Assembly: GCA_047495785.1 (NCBI GenBank)
Contig: JBLDXI010000002.1
Span: 1,302,001-1,366,000, forward strand
From: Lepidodermella squamata
Lineage: Eukaryota; Animalia; Gastrotricha
Direction: 5' to 3'
Length of the DNA: 64,000 nt
Numbering within the stretch: position 1 is the stretch's first letter; every line of letters begins with the position of its first letter. The notes beneath the pieces are model-generated. The model did not search any database, was not told where the DNA came from, and was given only the letters and a program-made list of their open reading frames with translations. A program made the position numbers and the translations under genes. Positions 37,512 to 53,512 of the stretch are shown piece by piece.

Positions 37512-40098
37512 ATGGTATATTTTATATTTGTGCTAATAACTGTTTTCGGCTTTAATTTCTTGAATCACCAATGCAGTAAGTTACATATCAATACATGAAG
37601 TCACTTCTTTAATTCGTTTCACTCTTCAGGAGTTTTTGCGCATTCGACATGCTCAGATACTGACACTAAGTGCGCTTTCTATGCATCTCAGGAGTACGAT
37701 GCAATCCAGTGGTTGCATGCGTACCTTGACGATGACAAGGACGGAGAGATAGATCCGTTGGAAAGTGCTGAGGTTTGTTTATAAGCCCCAGTAACATGTA
37801 TTCATTCATAATGTTATCGATATTAGTTTTTGGTTAGTGAACTCGAGAAGAATTCGCGAGAAGTTTCCTCCAAGCAAACGAGCTTTCACCGTAACGACTC
37901 CCACATAAGTGTCGAGGAGCTATGGCAGAGCTGGGTAACATCCAAGCGTATGTATTTTCCTGTTGTATTACATTATGAATTAATTTCCGAATTAATTCAG
38001 CTCACAACTGGACTACCGATGACGTTGTGCATTGGCTCGAGTTTGTTGTCGAATTACCGGAGTATTCGGCGACATTTCGGGAGCAAGAGATCAGAGGATC
38101 AACACTTCCATTGTGAGTAACGTTCAAATTTCGGATGTTCTTAAATATTAAATAATTTTCTATTTAGAATTGCTGCCAACTGGAATCATTTTGCGTCCGC
38201 TATCCTCCATATTCGTAATCCGATTCACAAGCGCAAATTGATTATAAAGGCCCAGGATGTGATACTATTTGGCCCACCTATAATTTCGACTTGGCTTATC
38301 ACTGTCTTGTTGGAAATTCTAGCCGCCTTTCTTGTTGTTGGCGTGACGTTTTTCATATTCTACCGCCGCCACTCCCGAGGCGAGATTGAAAAATTGAAAA
38401 ACGAACTAGAACATTTGAAAGAAGCCGAGGGCTTGCTGAGTGACATGCAGCGCAGACTCGACGCTTTGCAAAAAGATGCAACCCAACCCACGCGCCAAAT
38501 GAGCCGTAAAGATACCCTCAGCGACAACCCGATCTTCACTGTTGGTGGCACGCCTGAATTACTCCGTCTTGCTTCGGTCGATTTAGAAGAAGCGCGTCGG
38601 GAAGCTGAAAGGTTGGGCGAGGAACGTCGTGCTACTGAGGAAAAATTAACGCGACTGGAATTGGCGGAAGAAGAACTAGAGCGTCTTCGTGATCTTCTCA
38701 GTAAAATGGAACATGATTTGGAGGTGACTAGTAACATTAAGCAGCCTGATGTATTGGAGCAGTTGTTAACTACCACTTATCAAATTGAGTCTCGGTGGCT
38801 CGAAACTCGGCTCGGTGAGGCCCAACGTCGCATGGCTTCTGCTCGTGAGGCTTGCGAGAAAATGGGCCGTAAGCAATCGCATATTTTTGGTATCCTGCGC
38901 GTCAGTCACTCCACACTTCATGACGTTGATCGAACCGTTCTGGAAGCAAGGTAATACTATAGAAAACTCGAATAATCATAACAACTTATTGCTTATTAGG
39001 TTTACAAGGTAGAGTTGCTCTATATCTTATTGACATCTTTGTAACGCTTTCTATTTCTATTCAATCGTAGCTAACATTGATTGAAATGTTTCTGTATTTC
39101 AGACTTGCTCTGGATAATGTTCGAGCCGACGTTGAGGAACGGCTGGATCGCTGGAACCAGATTGAAGAACTAACCGGTTTTCACATCATTAACCAACAAG
39201 GTGAGGCTTGCTCGTAGAATGTTTAGTCACTTCGTCTTTGAACCGTAGCGTTGAATTATAGCGTTGGATGAGATGCATAAGTTGGCAACAGGTATTAGAC
39301 AGAAATTTGCCAATAAATCGTGTAGCTTTCACATCTCTCCTGAAACCAATTCACATTTTTTCCCGCGAGTGACGTTATTATAGTAACAACGAAAATAACA
39401 ACCAATTGGCGTAATTTATTTACCAGACTCATTGCTGCTCAATTTGAAATTGCGGCCAAAGCGTGAGTGATTTCCACGGGAATCATTTGAGTTTGGTGGT
39501 GATAGATACGCGTGTGGCTTTATTAAGTAACTTTGGGATTATTTTATCTCACTGCCATTTGCTATTTCTTATGATTTGGCAAAAACTTGAATTTTATTTG
39601 TTTTCTAGCTTTGAACGTGAGATCAACTTCAATGCCCCGTTTTGGATCTATGATGCTAAGAAAACCTCCCAGTGGATTATTCGATACACCTCTAAGCGAA
39701 TCAAGGTGAGTACCAAATTTTGAATTTTTTCTGGTTAATAATTCAGTTTAATTAGCTTTGATGACGACAACATCTCTGGAATTCACAAACCTAACTCGTT
39801 TGTTAGAAACACTTCCCGCAACACACTGACCCGTGAATCACGGCGGGATTCGTGGATTAGCAGCGAGCAGTCTGGCAGTCGCGAATCTGGCGATGCTGCT
39901 GGTCATCAACCGGACCCATCCACAATCGCGACCTCATTGAAAGTATCGTCTGCTGAAAAATCCCAGCCCCTCTCCTCCTCGCCGTCTTCTCAGCTACTGG
40001 TTTCCTCAGCTGCACCTAGCAGTCCTCAACCTCAAGCCTCCTTAAATTCTAGTAGTAGTGGGGGTAGTCTTAGCGGTAAACGTCGCCAGGCTCCATGA
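37512..40098 (+). CDS. STIM: Stromal interaction molecule (ER Ca2+ sensor), ~10 exons
   Basis: Signal peptide exon 37512-37575; C-x6-C; EF-hand AIQWLHAYLDDDKDGEIDPLESAE; hidden EF ISVEELW; SAM HNWTTDDVVHWL..VELPEY…KAQDVILFGPP; TM; coiled coil; SOAR/CAD AREACEKMGRKQSHIFG…DVDRTVLEAR…RWNQIEELTGFHII; last exon 39756-40098. Confidence 0.93.
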
Positions 40099-42186
40099 TA
40101 AACCAACTTTGCCAAAAAATATATATAATTTTTAGCATAGAGATAGAGCGTAAATCAGACCTGTGATCTCGCAAGAGCGGTAATTTGGAGGAGAATAAAA
40201 AATCCACCTTAAAATATTGTGCGGTATTTAAACAATTCACATTCTTATTATCCGTGTTTGCGCGTGTGAATGTTCCGAATTATAACAGCTATTTGATTGA
40301 TTACGGTCGACCATGATATAATATCATATTATACTTCTGATTTCAAGCATGTGTGCGTTGAATTTTTTTGGCTGAAATCCGTTTTTTTGCTCTCCTTTTT
40401 TTATACTCGATCTTTCGCTCTCTTTCTCACCGAACAATCATGCACCAAAAACGGCAAGCTTTAATCACTGTCTTCCCAGAAGCAACTACTTACAACAAAA
40501 CTATTATTATTATTGTTGTGCGTGTGAAGTGTAACTTCGACTAACCAAAGTATATTAAGAACTGTGTTTCAAAGGTATGAAGTCAACAAAAACATCGCTG
40601 AATACTCTGTAAGACCTCTTATATACGGCCTTTGTGCAATACGCTGCAGTATCATGAGTCATTGGAAACAAGCTTGTTGCTATTCAAGAAAAAACACGGC
40701 TGAGACGCAGTTATCGCTATATGAATGAGTCCTTTCAAAATCAAAATATCTGCTACTACTTATAACGACTGTATTATATTATCAATTACGCCCCCGTTAT
40801 TACGATTTTATTTTGGGGAATGATCAACAGGTGAATTCGTTATTCTAGTAAACTACGAAATGTTATTTGTTATTCACTGCTATTATTTATCGAGTGCAGT
40901 TTCATGAGCAATTTTTGGGACATTTTCCATTCATTTTTACTGTTGCCAGGAAGCAAAAAAATGACGTGATTTTTGTGGTCTTGGTTTTAATTCAACTCGT
41001 CATTGTCTATAGGGTCCCGACAGGACTGTTTTGATGTTGTTTTAACCCTTTTCCGGCTGTGTGTCCCGAAATGCGATTGGAACCTCGAACCTGTGTTATT
41101 TCTTTCCTAATCAGTTCTCAAGCCTTATTTATAACCGAAAAACATCGCGTTATGTTTGCAGTAGTTGCCTAAGTCATGCCGTTTGTTTGTGGTTACACAA
41201 ATGTAGAACACCAGAGGCATAATATTTTCATTTATGTATTAATTAAATTAATTGCTATATATCGTAATTAAATTGACGAAATATTGATGAAACGCGCTGA
41301 AAATGAATAAAATAAAATATTTATATTTTGATTCTCAACGGAGTGTTTTTTCTTCTTCAGCTGGCGTGGAATAGTGCCGTCCTTGCCAAGAGCGGTGTGT
41401 CACGAGTTTTTATCTTTCGATCGAGTGCATCTATAAAATCTCCTGAGGCCTTTGTCCAGGGTCAGCCGGCACGGGTGCGATCCGAGTGCAAAAATTAGCG
41501 GGCTTAAATTTATCGAAAAATAATTTCATTATACAGCCCGGTTTTCACACACTATTATATCAAATATTTATCTTCTTTACTTTTGTCGTTCAGACATATT
41601 TATATGTATTCCTTAGCTGGCCAACAGCAGGCAGAAGTAATAATAATAATAATCAGCCGAACGAAAGGTATATCGCGCGTTTTTTGTTCACGTGAAGAGC
41701 TATGTGCACTCTGTTTGTACTTTTCTAAAGCAAGCACACACACCGTAAAACGGCTGTATATAAGGAATACCGAACGTCGTTGCATGTATTCTTATGCAGA
41801 AAAAAACGGCAGATGGTATATCACTGCTCACCCTGGGCTTTTTCTATTATCCAGCCTAGCAATTACCATATCCGCCGCGCCTTGTTTTAATGTTGATCAA
41901 TAGCAGTGATAATAACAATATTATTATTATAATTATGCTCGCTATATATAATAACTATATGCGCGCAATTATAATAATAATATATAGCGCGCATGACTTT
42001 TGCGCAAAATTAAGCGTTTGTTAAATGAGAGCGTGAAACGGAAAAAAACACGCGACCTCACACGTGCACATCACGGTGCACTACATTCGTTCCCGGCGTC
42101 TTACTCACTTCTACAGTCTTCGTGCTGTTATTTGTCGCGCGTTCGTTTGGCTGCCGCTATCTTGTAGTGCGCAACCACGCCGACGG

Positions 42187-42194
42187 TATATAAA
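42187..42194 (+). promoter_or_regulatory. TATA box upstream of the alpha-glucosidase gene
   Basis: TATATAAA in GC-rich context ~240 bp before ATG 42434. Confidence 0.5.
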
Positions 42195-42433
42195 CCGGCT
42201 GATCGGTCATAATTCAGCTTTCAGCTGATAATCTTAAAAATAGTAGTGGCCTAACTAAAAATAGCCATGAATTATTACCAGCTATAAAACCTGACACACT
42301 TACTACCGCTCCCTATAATTAACCTATATATATTTTGAGTGCATTGGCACGATATCAAACATTTTCTTTCGATTTGTATATCTAGCGAAATTTACTTGCG
42401 ATTTGGTGAAAACTTTACTGAAAGGTCCCGGCG

Positions 42434-45204
<2,771 letters not shown>

Positions 45205-45835
45205 ATTAATGTGCTCACAGGACTTGATATATAACACTTTTCTTACAAAAATAATTACGAAAAATTCGGAAAAAAAATCGGTTCTTCTATTCTCGGTGGA
45301 TTATATACGCATTGTACCGTAATTTTACCATTTTTTTAAATATTATTTCAAAGATTTTCTCGAATTTTGTAAAAGTTCTACTCTTACATATGACTACAAT
45401 ACTTTTCGATGAATCGAATTAAAAAATCATGATAAAAAACATTTTCAGTCGTGTTTTTTTGCGCTTTCTTGTTCTGCTAATTTTGTGCATTTTTCTTATA
45501 AATTTTAGCAGTTGTTGAGTTGGAAAATAAACCAAGTAAATTTGTTTATATAGTCCGTCTTTTTGGAGGTCTGAAAAATAGCTGGAAGTCAAGCAGCTAA
45601 AAAATTGAGCAAGCAGAACGAGCTATAAGCTGATATTGTGCTCTTCTTTTAAAGACATCACGGCAGCATGAAGAGCTTGAAACAATGCATTAATTGTTTA
45701 CATGAAATAGCTGCCTTATAATAAGTAATAGTCTGTTAGCATTGCCCATTCAAAGGAAAAATGCCACGTCAGTTTAGCGTTGCAGAGAGCTTCGCGTTTT
45801 CAGGCAGTTAATTTTTTCATTTTCAACGGGGAAAA

Positions 45836-46571
45836 ATGAAACTCTTGTTTTTGCTATCTGCTGTCCTGCTGGTGGAAGCTGTTCCTGATGACCAGGTATG
45901 ATCGAAGAAAAATGATTCCCTTTTTCCACTCGATTTTTTTTAAATTAATTCCAGGATCCTCTTAAAGCCAAGGTGACTGACAAGGTTTTCTTCGATATTT
46001 CGATCGGCGGAGAAGCAGCTGGCCGTATTGTTTTGGGACTATTCGGTGACCTAGCGCCAAAAACTGTCTACAATTTCAAAACAATCGCTGCCGGCACAGT
46101 GACTGACAAAAAAACAGGACTTCACCTGACCTACAAAAACGCAATTTTCCACCGTATTATCAAAGATTTTTGCTGCCAGGGCGGTGATATTGTTTCACAA
46201 AACGGCTTTGGTTCTATCACGGCTTATGGTACAGAGTTCCACGACGATGATCCTGCGATTTTGAAGCACACCCAAGGCTACCTGTTGTCCACGGCTCACA
46301 GAGGCCCGAACACAAATGGCTGTCAATTCTCGATTTTGGCTAAGAAAACACCTTGGCTCGACGGCAAACACGTGGTTTTCGGCCGGATTCTCGAAGGATT
46401 CGATATTTACGATGCGATGAATAGGCTCCAGACTGATTTCCAGGATAAGCCCATCAAATCGGTGGTTATTACCGAAAGTGGAATACTACCAGTCGAAGAG
46501 GGTGATAAAAAAGTGAGTTGAACGTCACTAATTCAATTTCTTGCTAACATCTTTATTTTTAGGATCTTTAA
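45836..46571 (+). CDS. Secretory-pathway cyclophilin (CypB-like) copy 1; exons 45836-45895, 45955-46512, 46563-46571; ends KKDL
   Basis: Signal peptide MKLLFLLSAVLLVEA; VTDKVFFDISIGG..GRIVLGLFG, FHRIIKDF..QGGD, WLDGKHVVFG. Confidence 0.93.
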
Positions 46572-46938
46572 AGGTTGAATTTTCGGCGTAAAATGGATCG
46601 AACTAATTGCAACTTGTTGATGAATAAAATAGAATTTGCATATTCTTAAGAATTTTTTGGTGTCGCGAATAAAGCAATCCATATTGCCACAGTTTCCCAA
46701 AGAACAATTAAATGTGTCGATGTTTACTACTACGAGCGTATCTAAATTTTGATTTAAATATTAATGCGGCGCTTGCTCAAAGGCGAGACAGGATAAATAC
46801 CTGAATAACAAGAAGCATTTTCTCTGAATTAATCATGAATATTGCAATTTTTATCGGATTATTCCCAAGGATTTGTTGCGCCTTAATACATATCTGTTTA
46901 CAGCATACTTGATACTTTTAAATCGGAATAGCAGCGAG

Positions 46939-47694
46939 ATGAGCGAATTTTTGCTGTCATTTTTTGCTTTGATTCTAGTGATACCTGGATGTTTCGCGAT
47001 TAGTGCAGAACAGGTTGAAATTCCTACCTTAATTTCGAATCATTTTTTTACAGATTTCCCTTCATTTACAGGATCCTATTAACGCCGTAATAACTGATAA
47101 AGTTTACTTCAATATTACAATCGGCCATAGGGAAATCGGCCGCATTGTTCTGGGGCTTTTCGGGGAATTGGCGCCGCTCACCGTCCACAATTTCAAAACG
47201 CTGGCTGAAGGGAAGATTTTCGACGAGGAGACTGGCATTCAACTGAGCTACAAAAACGCGATTTTCCATCGCATTATCAAAGATTTCTGCTGTCAGGGTG
47301 GCGACATCTTAACGCAAGACGGCCGTGGCTTCATCACAGTCTACGGCACGCAATACCACGATGACGATCCGGCTATTTTGAGCCATTTCCGCCCTTACCT
47401 GTTGTCGACAGCTCATCGAGGGCCGAATACCAATGGGTGTCAATTTGCGATTTCGGCTAAACCGACACTGTGGCTTGATGGCAAGCATGTGGTTTTCGGG
47501 AGAATGCTCGAAGGTTTCGATGTTTATGATGAAATGAACCTACTCGAGACGGATGGCGATGATCGGCCCTATACGCCACCTGTGATTGCGGCGAGCGGGA
47601 TTTTACCTATCCAGTCAGATCTAAAATTGGTGAGAGAATTTTTCAGTTCTTCATTTTAAATATTTACCGTTCAAAATCCTTTCAGGAACTCTAG
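46939..47694 (+). CDS. Secretory-pathway cyclophilin copy 2; exons 46939-47013, 47072-47629, 47686-47694; ends KLEL
   Basis: Signal peptide MSEFLLSFFALILVIPGCFA; same motifs and intron positions as copy 1. Confidence 0.92.
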
Positions 47695-48057
47695 CTGAAT
47701 ACAGACAATATGTCAAGGTTGAACCAATGTCGCGAGATTTTAACAAAATAAAGCTGATTTTCAAATTTCAAATGTTCGAATCTTTAGTTGAAAGTTGAAA
47801 TTTTAAGATTTTAAAAATAAAAAATCTCTCAAGTTAATGTTGCAGAAAAAAATGCATCTATTGTCTTCATTATTGAGTCCAGTGGAGGCCTTGAGGTTTG
47901 AATACAAAGCAAGCAGAAAGCTCAGTCTTTCTTTGTCAATATGATAATGGAAGCTTTGCGTTCCTTTTTGAAGACACCAGCTTTTATATGAACTTCATGA
48001 ATTTGAGACAGTCCTTAATAAAGAGCCCCAAATAGTCTTAGAATTTCGCTAGAAAAA

Positions 48058-48805
48058 ATGATCCTGATTCTTGGCTCCGTTTTCCTGAGCTTTGCATATT
48101 CGCCTAATTCGCAAGTTCCCGCATCGCAGGTAAATTCGAATAAATTAGAAAACCGTATCGGGCATATCGTATGCATTTCAAAGGATCCGATGAAGGCGAA
48201 GATTACCGATAAAGTATTTTTCGATATCTCTATCGGCGGAAAACCAGTCGGACGTATTGTTTTCGGCCTCTTCGGCGATCTCGCACCGAAAACCGCGTAC
48301 AATTTCAAGAAGATCGCCGAGGGGACGGTGACAGACGAGAAAACTGGGCTCCATCTGACTTATAAAAATTCTATCTTCCATCGCATCATCTTTGATTTCA
48401 CCTGCCAAGGCGGCGATATCGTTTCCAAAAACGGATTCGGTTCAATAACTGTTTATGGTACTGAATTTCACGACGACGACCCCGCGATCCTAAAACACGC
48501 CCATGGTTACTTGCTATCATCAGCTCACAGAGGACCAAACACCAACGGCTGCCAGTTTTCTATTGTGGCTAAAGCAATGCCTCATTTGGATGGCCAACAT
48601 GTCGTTTTCGGGCGCATTCTCGAGGGCTTCAAGGTGTATGATACGATGAATGAAGTCGATACGGATCATAACGATAGGCCCCTGGAACCAGTTGTTATTA
48701 CGGATTGCGGGGTAATTCCAATGAAAGGCGCTCAAAAACAGGTAAGGCAATTATTTATGCGACATTTTTTTCCTTGAATATTTTTATTTTCAACAGGAAC
48801 TATAG
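48058..48805 (+). CDS. Secretory-pathway cyclophilin copy 3; exons 48058-48129, 48184-48741, 48797-48805; ends KQEL
   Basis: Signal peptide MILILGSVFLSFAYS; same motifs and introns; HLDGQHVVFG. Confidence 0.92.
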
Positions 48806-50053
48806 CAATATCCTGGCATGGAATAATACATATGGATTTTTAATTATTATTTGTCTTCGTGCACCCTTATCGTCTTCAGCAATTTTACGGAAGCAGTGTA
48901 GAATATGAATAATGAGGCGACCGCGCGCGGCAGTTTTTTTTATCAAGGGATAAGCAATCGATATTGAATGTGTGTAAACGCGCCCGCGCGCACTAAGGAA
49001 AAACCGTAAGATGAATCATCGGTGAGTCATCGTGCGAAAGCCACGTAGCAACAAAAAAACAAACCTGTGCACTCACGATGATACCTCCATTTCGTGATGA
49101 AATTTGCAAAAAAAAAGCCTGAAATAAATCGAAAAACGTTTTATTTTCCCCAAAATATTATAACAACGTTACAATTGCACGATTATAAATAAATACGTGA
49201 TATTTATATAATACAATTTTAAGATTTTTTCAGGCAGATATGAATAACAACGGCCTTTCATTCAATTTTATTTCGAAGTGATTGTGTGGTAAACTTCTCC
49301 GTTCGACAACGCGACGAATCTGATAATAAAAGCTAGTAGCGCGGGTCCTGAAAGCACCTCGCGAGGTGAAGCTGCGTAATTTATGTTTCCAGTCTATTCA
49401 AAACCAAAAGAAAAAATAAAACAAAATACTTCTCCGAAATTATAGGCACAATAAAATTTAGTAGCTACCTCTAGCATCGAGTTCTGCAATAGTCCGTCCG
49501 AGGAGGGAAAGAAAGCGAGAAGAATATCAAACACAAAAAAGCAGTTCAAAATGTGCCATCCACCTCATTATTCAGAAAAATAATTTTTCTCACATGGGCA
49601 GCTGTTCAACAACAATAACGTAGGTTTATAATCAAGTGAAGCAGTGGAACATATCAAATTTTTTGAATTCACTCGAAGGGTTCAACCGGTCATCATCATT
49701 ATCAGCATGAAGTAAACAAATAAATCAAAGCGAAAATACGTCGTGGGTCGATCAATTTTTTCCCATTTTTTCAATCTCTCACAACCTCGCGCAATAGAGC
49801 TAAGTTGGCCTATTTCGATACACACACATTTTTTCCTTATTTTTTTTACAATATATGGTTTCTGTTCAGCGACATGGCAAGATAGCTTTATCCTTGGTGT
49901 TATAAAAAAAGAACCGAAATAATTTCGTCGATTATTCAACGCGGCTCCTATTAATTAAGAAATATGGGGGAAAGTAAGAAACCAGTGAAAACAGATGAGA
50001 CAAGCGTTAATTGTATTTTTAAGGAGGATGAGAGATGATAAAAACACATTCAT

Positions 50054-52799
50054 TCAATCACCCGGTGACACAACAACACCCGAATCGGTATCTGTGCCCA
50101 TGCCGTTGTTGAGCACATCGCTGCCGGGCGTTGTCGGGGTTGCAGGGGTGGTGCTGCTCAGTTTCGAGGCGAGACGAGACAGGGTTCGGCCACTCAACTG
50201 CCGCTTCATTTCCTTGACCAATTCTTCCTGATCGGCGAGCAAATCCTCCGCCTGTTCGTTGATCGGCGACGGCAGCGTGATAGCAGCTGTGTGGTGGTGG
50301 TGATTTGCAGGCGGCGGATGCGTGGCCGCAAAATTAAGGTGGGGCATATTCGTTGTAGAATTTGACGAGCTAAAAAATAAATAAATCAAAAATATTTTCA
50401 AAAAATCACCACTCAATTCTTACGTTGATTGGTGGTTGGCGGGGGCGGTTACTGGCGTCTGGTTTGTTACAATTGCAAGAGGTACCATGTTCTTCGCAGG
50501 CAAGCTGAAACCGCCGTAGTTGTGGTAAGATTGAGTTTGCGAGAAGTCCAGCGATCCAGGTCCGTGGCTTATCACCGTAAAAATGCCAGGATTCGTGCGA
50601 TCCGCCGCGGCAAAGCTTCTGCGCACAAATTTCTTGCCAGTCGTCGGCTTCGGCCCGCCGCCGAATAAATTCAGCGCCGACAGCGGCCTAGTGCTACTGT
50701 TTTGGTCGTACATTCGAAGCTTCTGCCCTGGCAATCGGCCGTTGGCTGATGCCGAAAACCGGCCGTTCGGAATGTTAGACTCGTCCGATGACTGCTCGCC
50801 GCTAGCCATCTGCGGGGGTGGCAGTGACAACTGATGGGCAAGTGGCGGTTGGCTCGTGGTGAATATGCTGAGGGTATTCGTGTTACTCGAACCAGCTAAC
50901 ATGGCCTGTGTTCTTAACCGATTCGCCTCACGTCTCAGCTCAGCTTCACGCTTTTCCAGCTCAACTTCTCGCTCTCTCACAGACAACATGCATGAAGATA
51001 GCTCCAGATATAACGCCTGAACCCGCCTTAATTTTTCCTGTTAAAAAAAATATTATTTTCAATTTTTTCATTTTATTAAGGAGGATTTTTTCCATTTTTT
51101 TTCAAAGATTTTATGGATTTTTTTAATTTGTCAAATTTTTTAAGGAGGATTTTGTTAATTTAATTTTACAAATTTTTCACCTCGTAAAGCTGTCGAATTT
51201 CAGTGACATGCCGCAGTTCTTCTTCGCGTTTTTTCACTAAATCCGCCTGCTGAGCGTCAATCCAGCCCTCGGTTAATAATGACCCGTTTATTAGCTGTTG
51301 CTTCATTATCGTCGACCCGTCGATGACTGGTTGCGACTCGGTAATTTTCGTCACATAATCTCGCCATTCATTTCGGGCCTGGTTGAACGTGCCTTCCTCA
51401 GCGAAACGCGGCGAATTCAGCAGTTCGTCACTCAGAATTTCCAAGTGCATCAAAATTTGGCGGAAGGTCGGTCGATTACGCGGTTTTGGATTCCTGTAAA
51501 ACACGCACCATGATTAATCATACGCCCAGGTTAAATTAATTCAAGTAGGAAGAATTTGCCTAGAAATATCGATTTTTTCCATGACTCAGAAATGCCTGGA
51601 GATCTAGGTTTTTCTTACTTACCAGCATTGAGTCATCAGTAGCTTGCAACCCTCGGGCATAGTTGACGGAATGGGTAAGGCAAAACGGCCGTAACCAATG
51701 CCCATTATTAGCACAGCAGACTCGATGCCTAAATACGGCGTCGCCCCGGTAAGTAATTCCTAAAGTTAATCAAAAAATTAGGAAAATTCATAAAAATAAT
51801 CGGAAATCACCGTACCCAAACAATGACGCCATAACTCCAAACGTCGACTTTATCTGAGCAAGGTTCGTTGCGTACAACTTCAGGCGCCATCCACGCAACA
51901 GTGCCGGCAAAGGACATTCGCGTTGAAACGTCGTTGTCCATAGCGCGGGCGTTGCCGAAATCGCTGATTTTCAACACGTAGTTGTGCCCGACGAGGATGT
52001 TAGGCGATTTCAAATCGCGATGCACGATACGCTGCGAATGAAGAAAATGCATACCACTCGCAACTTGGTGCATCCAATCCCATATTAAGGAGGATGGTAG
52101 AGACCGCTGTGACGCCAACACGTCGTAAAGTTGTCCATACGGGCAGAGTTCCTGAACAAAAATTATTTAAAAATTCCTCCTTAATTTTTTTGGAAACCGA
52201 ACCATGATAATGGCGAAACAAGGAGCTACACTCGAAACACCAATCAATTCGACGATATTTCGGTGTTTAAGCTTGCGAAGATGCCGCACGTCCGTGTCTT
52301 TGAGATCGCGGACTTTTTTCACGGCAACGTCGCGATTTTTCCATTTCCCGGCGAAAACTGCGCCCTGGGTGCCACTGCCAACAAATTTTAAATCGCGAAT
52401 GTCGACAAACGGAATCTCCCACACGTCTTCGATCGGCCGGCGTTGGCGTAAGAAATAATTGAGAAACGGTTCGAAGCAACCGCCGAACCAAGATTTCCCG
52501 TGATGATGCGCCGGAACCATCATTACATTACGAATAGGCATTTCGATCTGATTCAGCTCAAGCTGGGAATAATTTTTATCTTCCATCGACGATTTCTCAG
52601 AGTCGGAAAACGCCTTGTCCGGGAAGAAAAAGTTGTCATTTTTGGTCGCATCGTCGAAAATCTGCCCATATTCAACGCTGATTTCAAGGCGACTGTCCGA
52701 AATATCGACTTCGACCGACTCCTCCGAAGATGGATTATCAGTCGGTTCGCTTCTGCGATGCATTTGGCCTGTATCTTTTTCAAAGGCCACGTTGTCCAT
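50054..52799 (-). CDS. Dual leucine zipper kinase-type MAP3K (DLK/LZK, MAP3K12/13 family), ~6 exons
   Basis: WEIPFVDIRDLKFVGSGTQGAVF, VAVKKVRDLKDTDVRHLRKLKHRNI, HRDLKSPN, KISDFG, MSFAGTVAWMAPEVVRNEPCSDKVDVWSYG, KPRNRPTFRQILMHLEI, LVKKREEELRH zipper. Confidence 0.93.
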
Positions 52800-53512
52800 G
52801 CAGAGAGAGAGAGAGTAACAAATATAGCTCAACTCATCTAAAAAAACAGAATCAAAAATTTTCAATTTAATTGGCTTTGACAATATTATAATATTCGAAA
52901 GCTAACGACCCGCCGCTCACTCGCAGCAGGTGATACTTCATATATAATTAGAATCTGTTCACATAGGCAAATTGTTTCGGAAATATAAGCACGCCTTTGT
53001 TGAGAAAAAAACATGATTGCTAGATTTTTTCGTTTTAAATAATTTTGCAACACTTAATAACGCGCAGACACCGAAACGCAACAAGTTTTCAAAGATCATC
53101 GAATGAAAAACCTCGTCTGAATAATACCTGGCTATGGTTGAAGCACGAACATTTACACACGTAATCACCTTATTAGACACAACGAAAGATTTTCAGCAAA
53201 ATAGCTGTACAACTATTTGTTGTAGCAAATATCAACATCAAAATTCGACACTTGAAAAATCTCAATTTCGATCATTTGTTACTTGATGTAAAATACGATT
53301 ATTGGGCTGTTAGCTTGCACATGGACAGATAATAGAGAGGCACTTGCATGAAGAGGAACACTATCAGCTATAAGAATTATGCAGCTGCGAAGTAGACGAG
53401 TTATGAAAAAACCAGCAGGAGAGAAGGAAGAATCAAAGAATTTTTGATGGTGGATAACACGATTTCGGCCAAACGGTAGCTGGATAAGTAGTTTCTAGAA
53501 GAATAATTGCTC

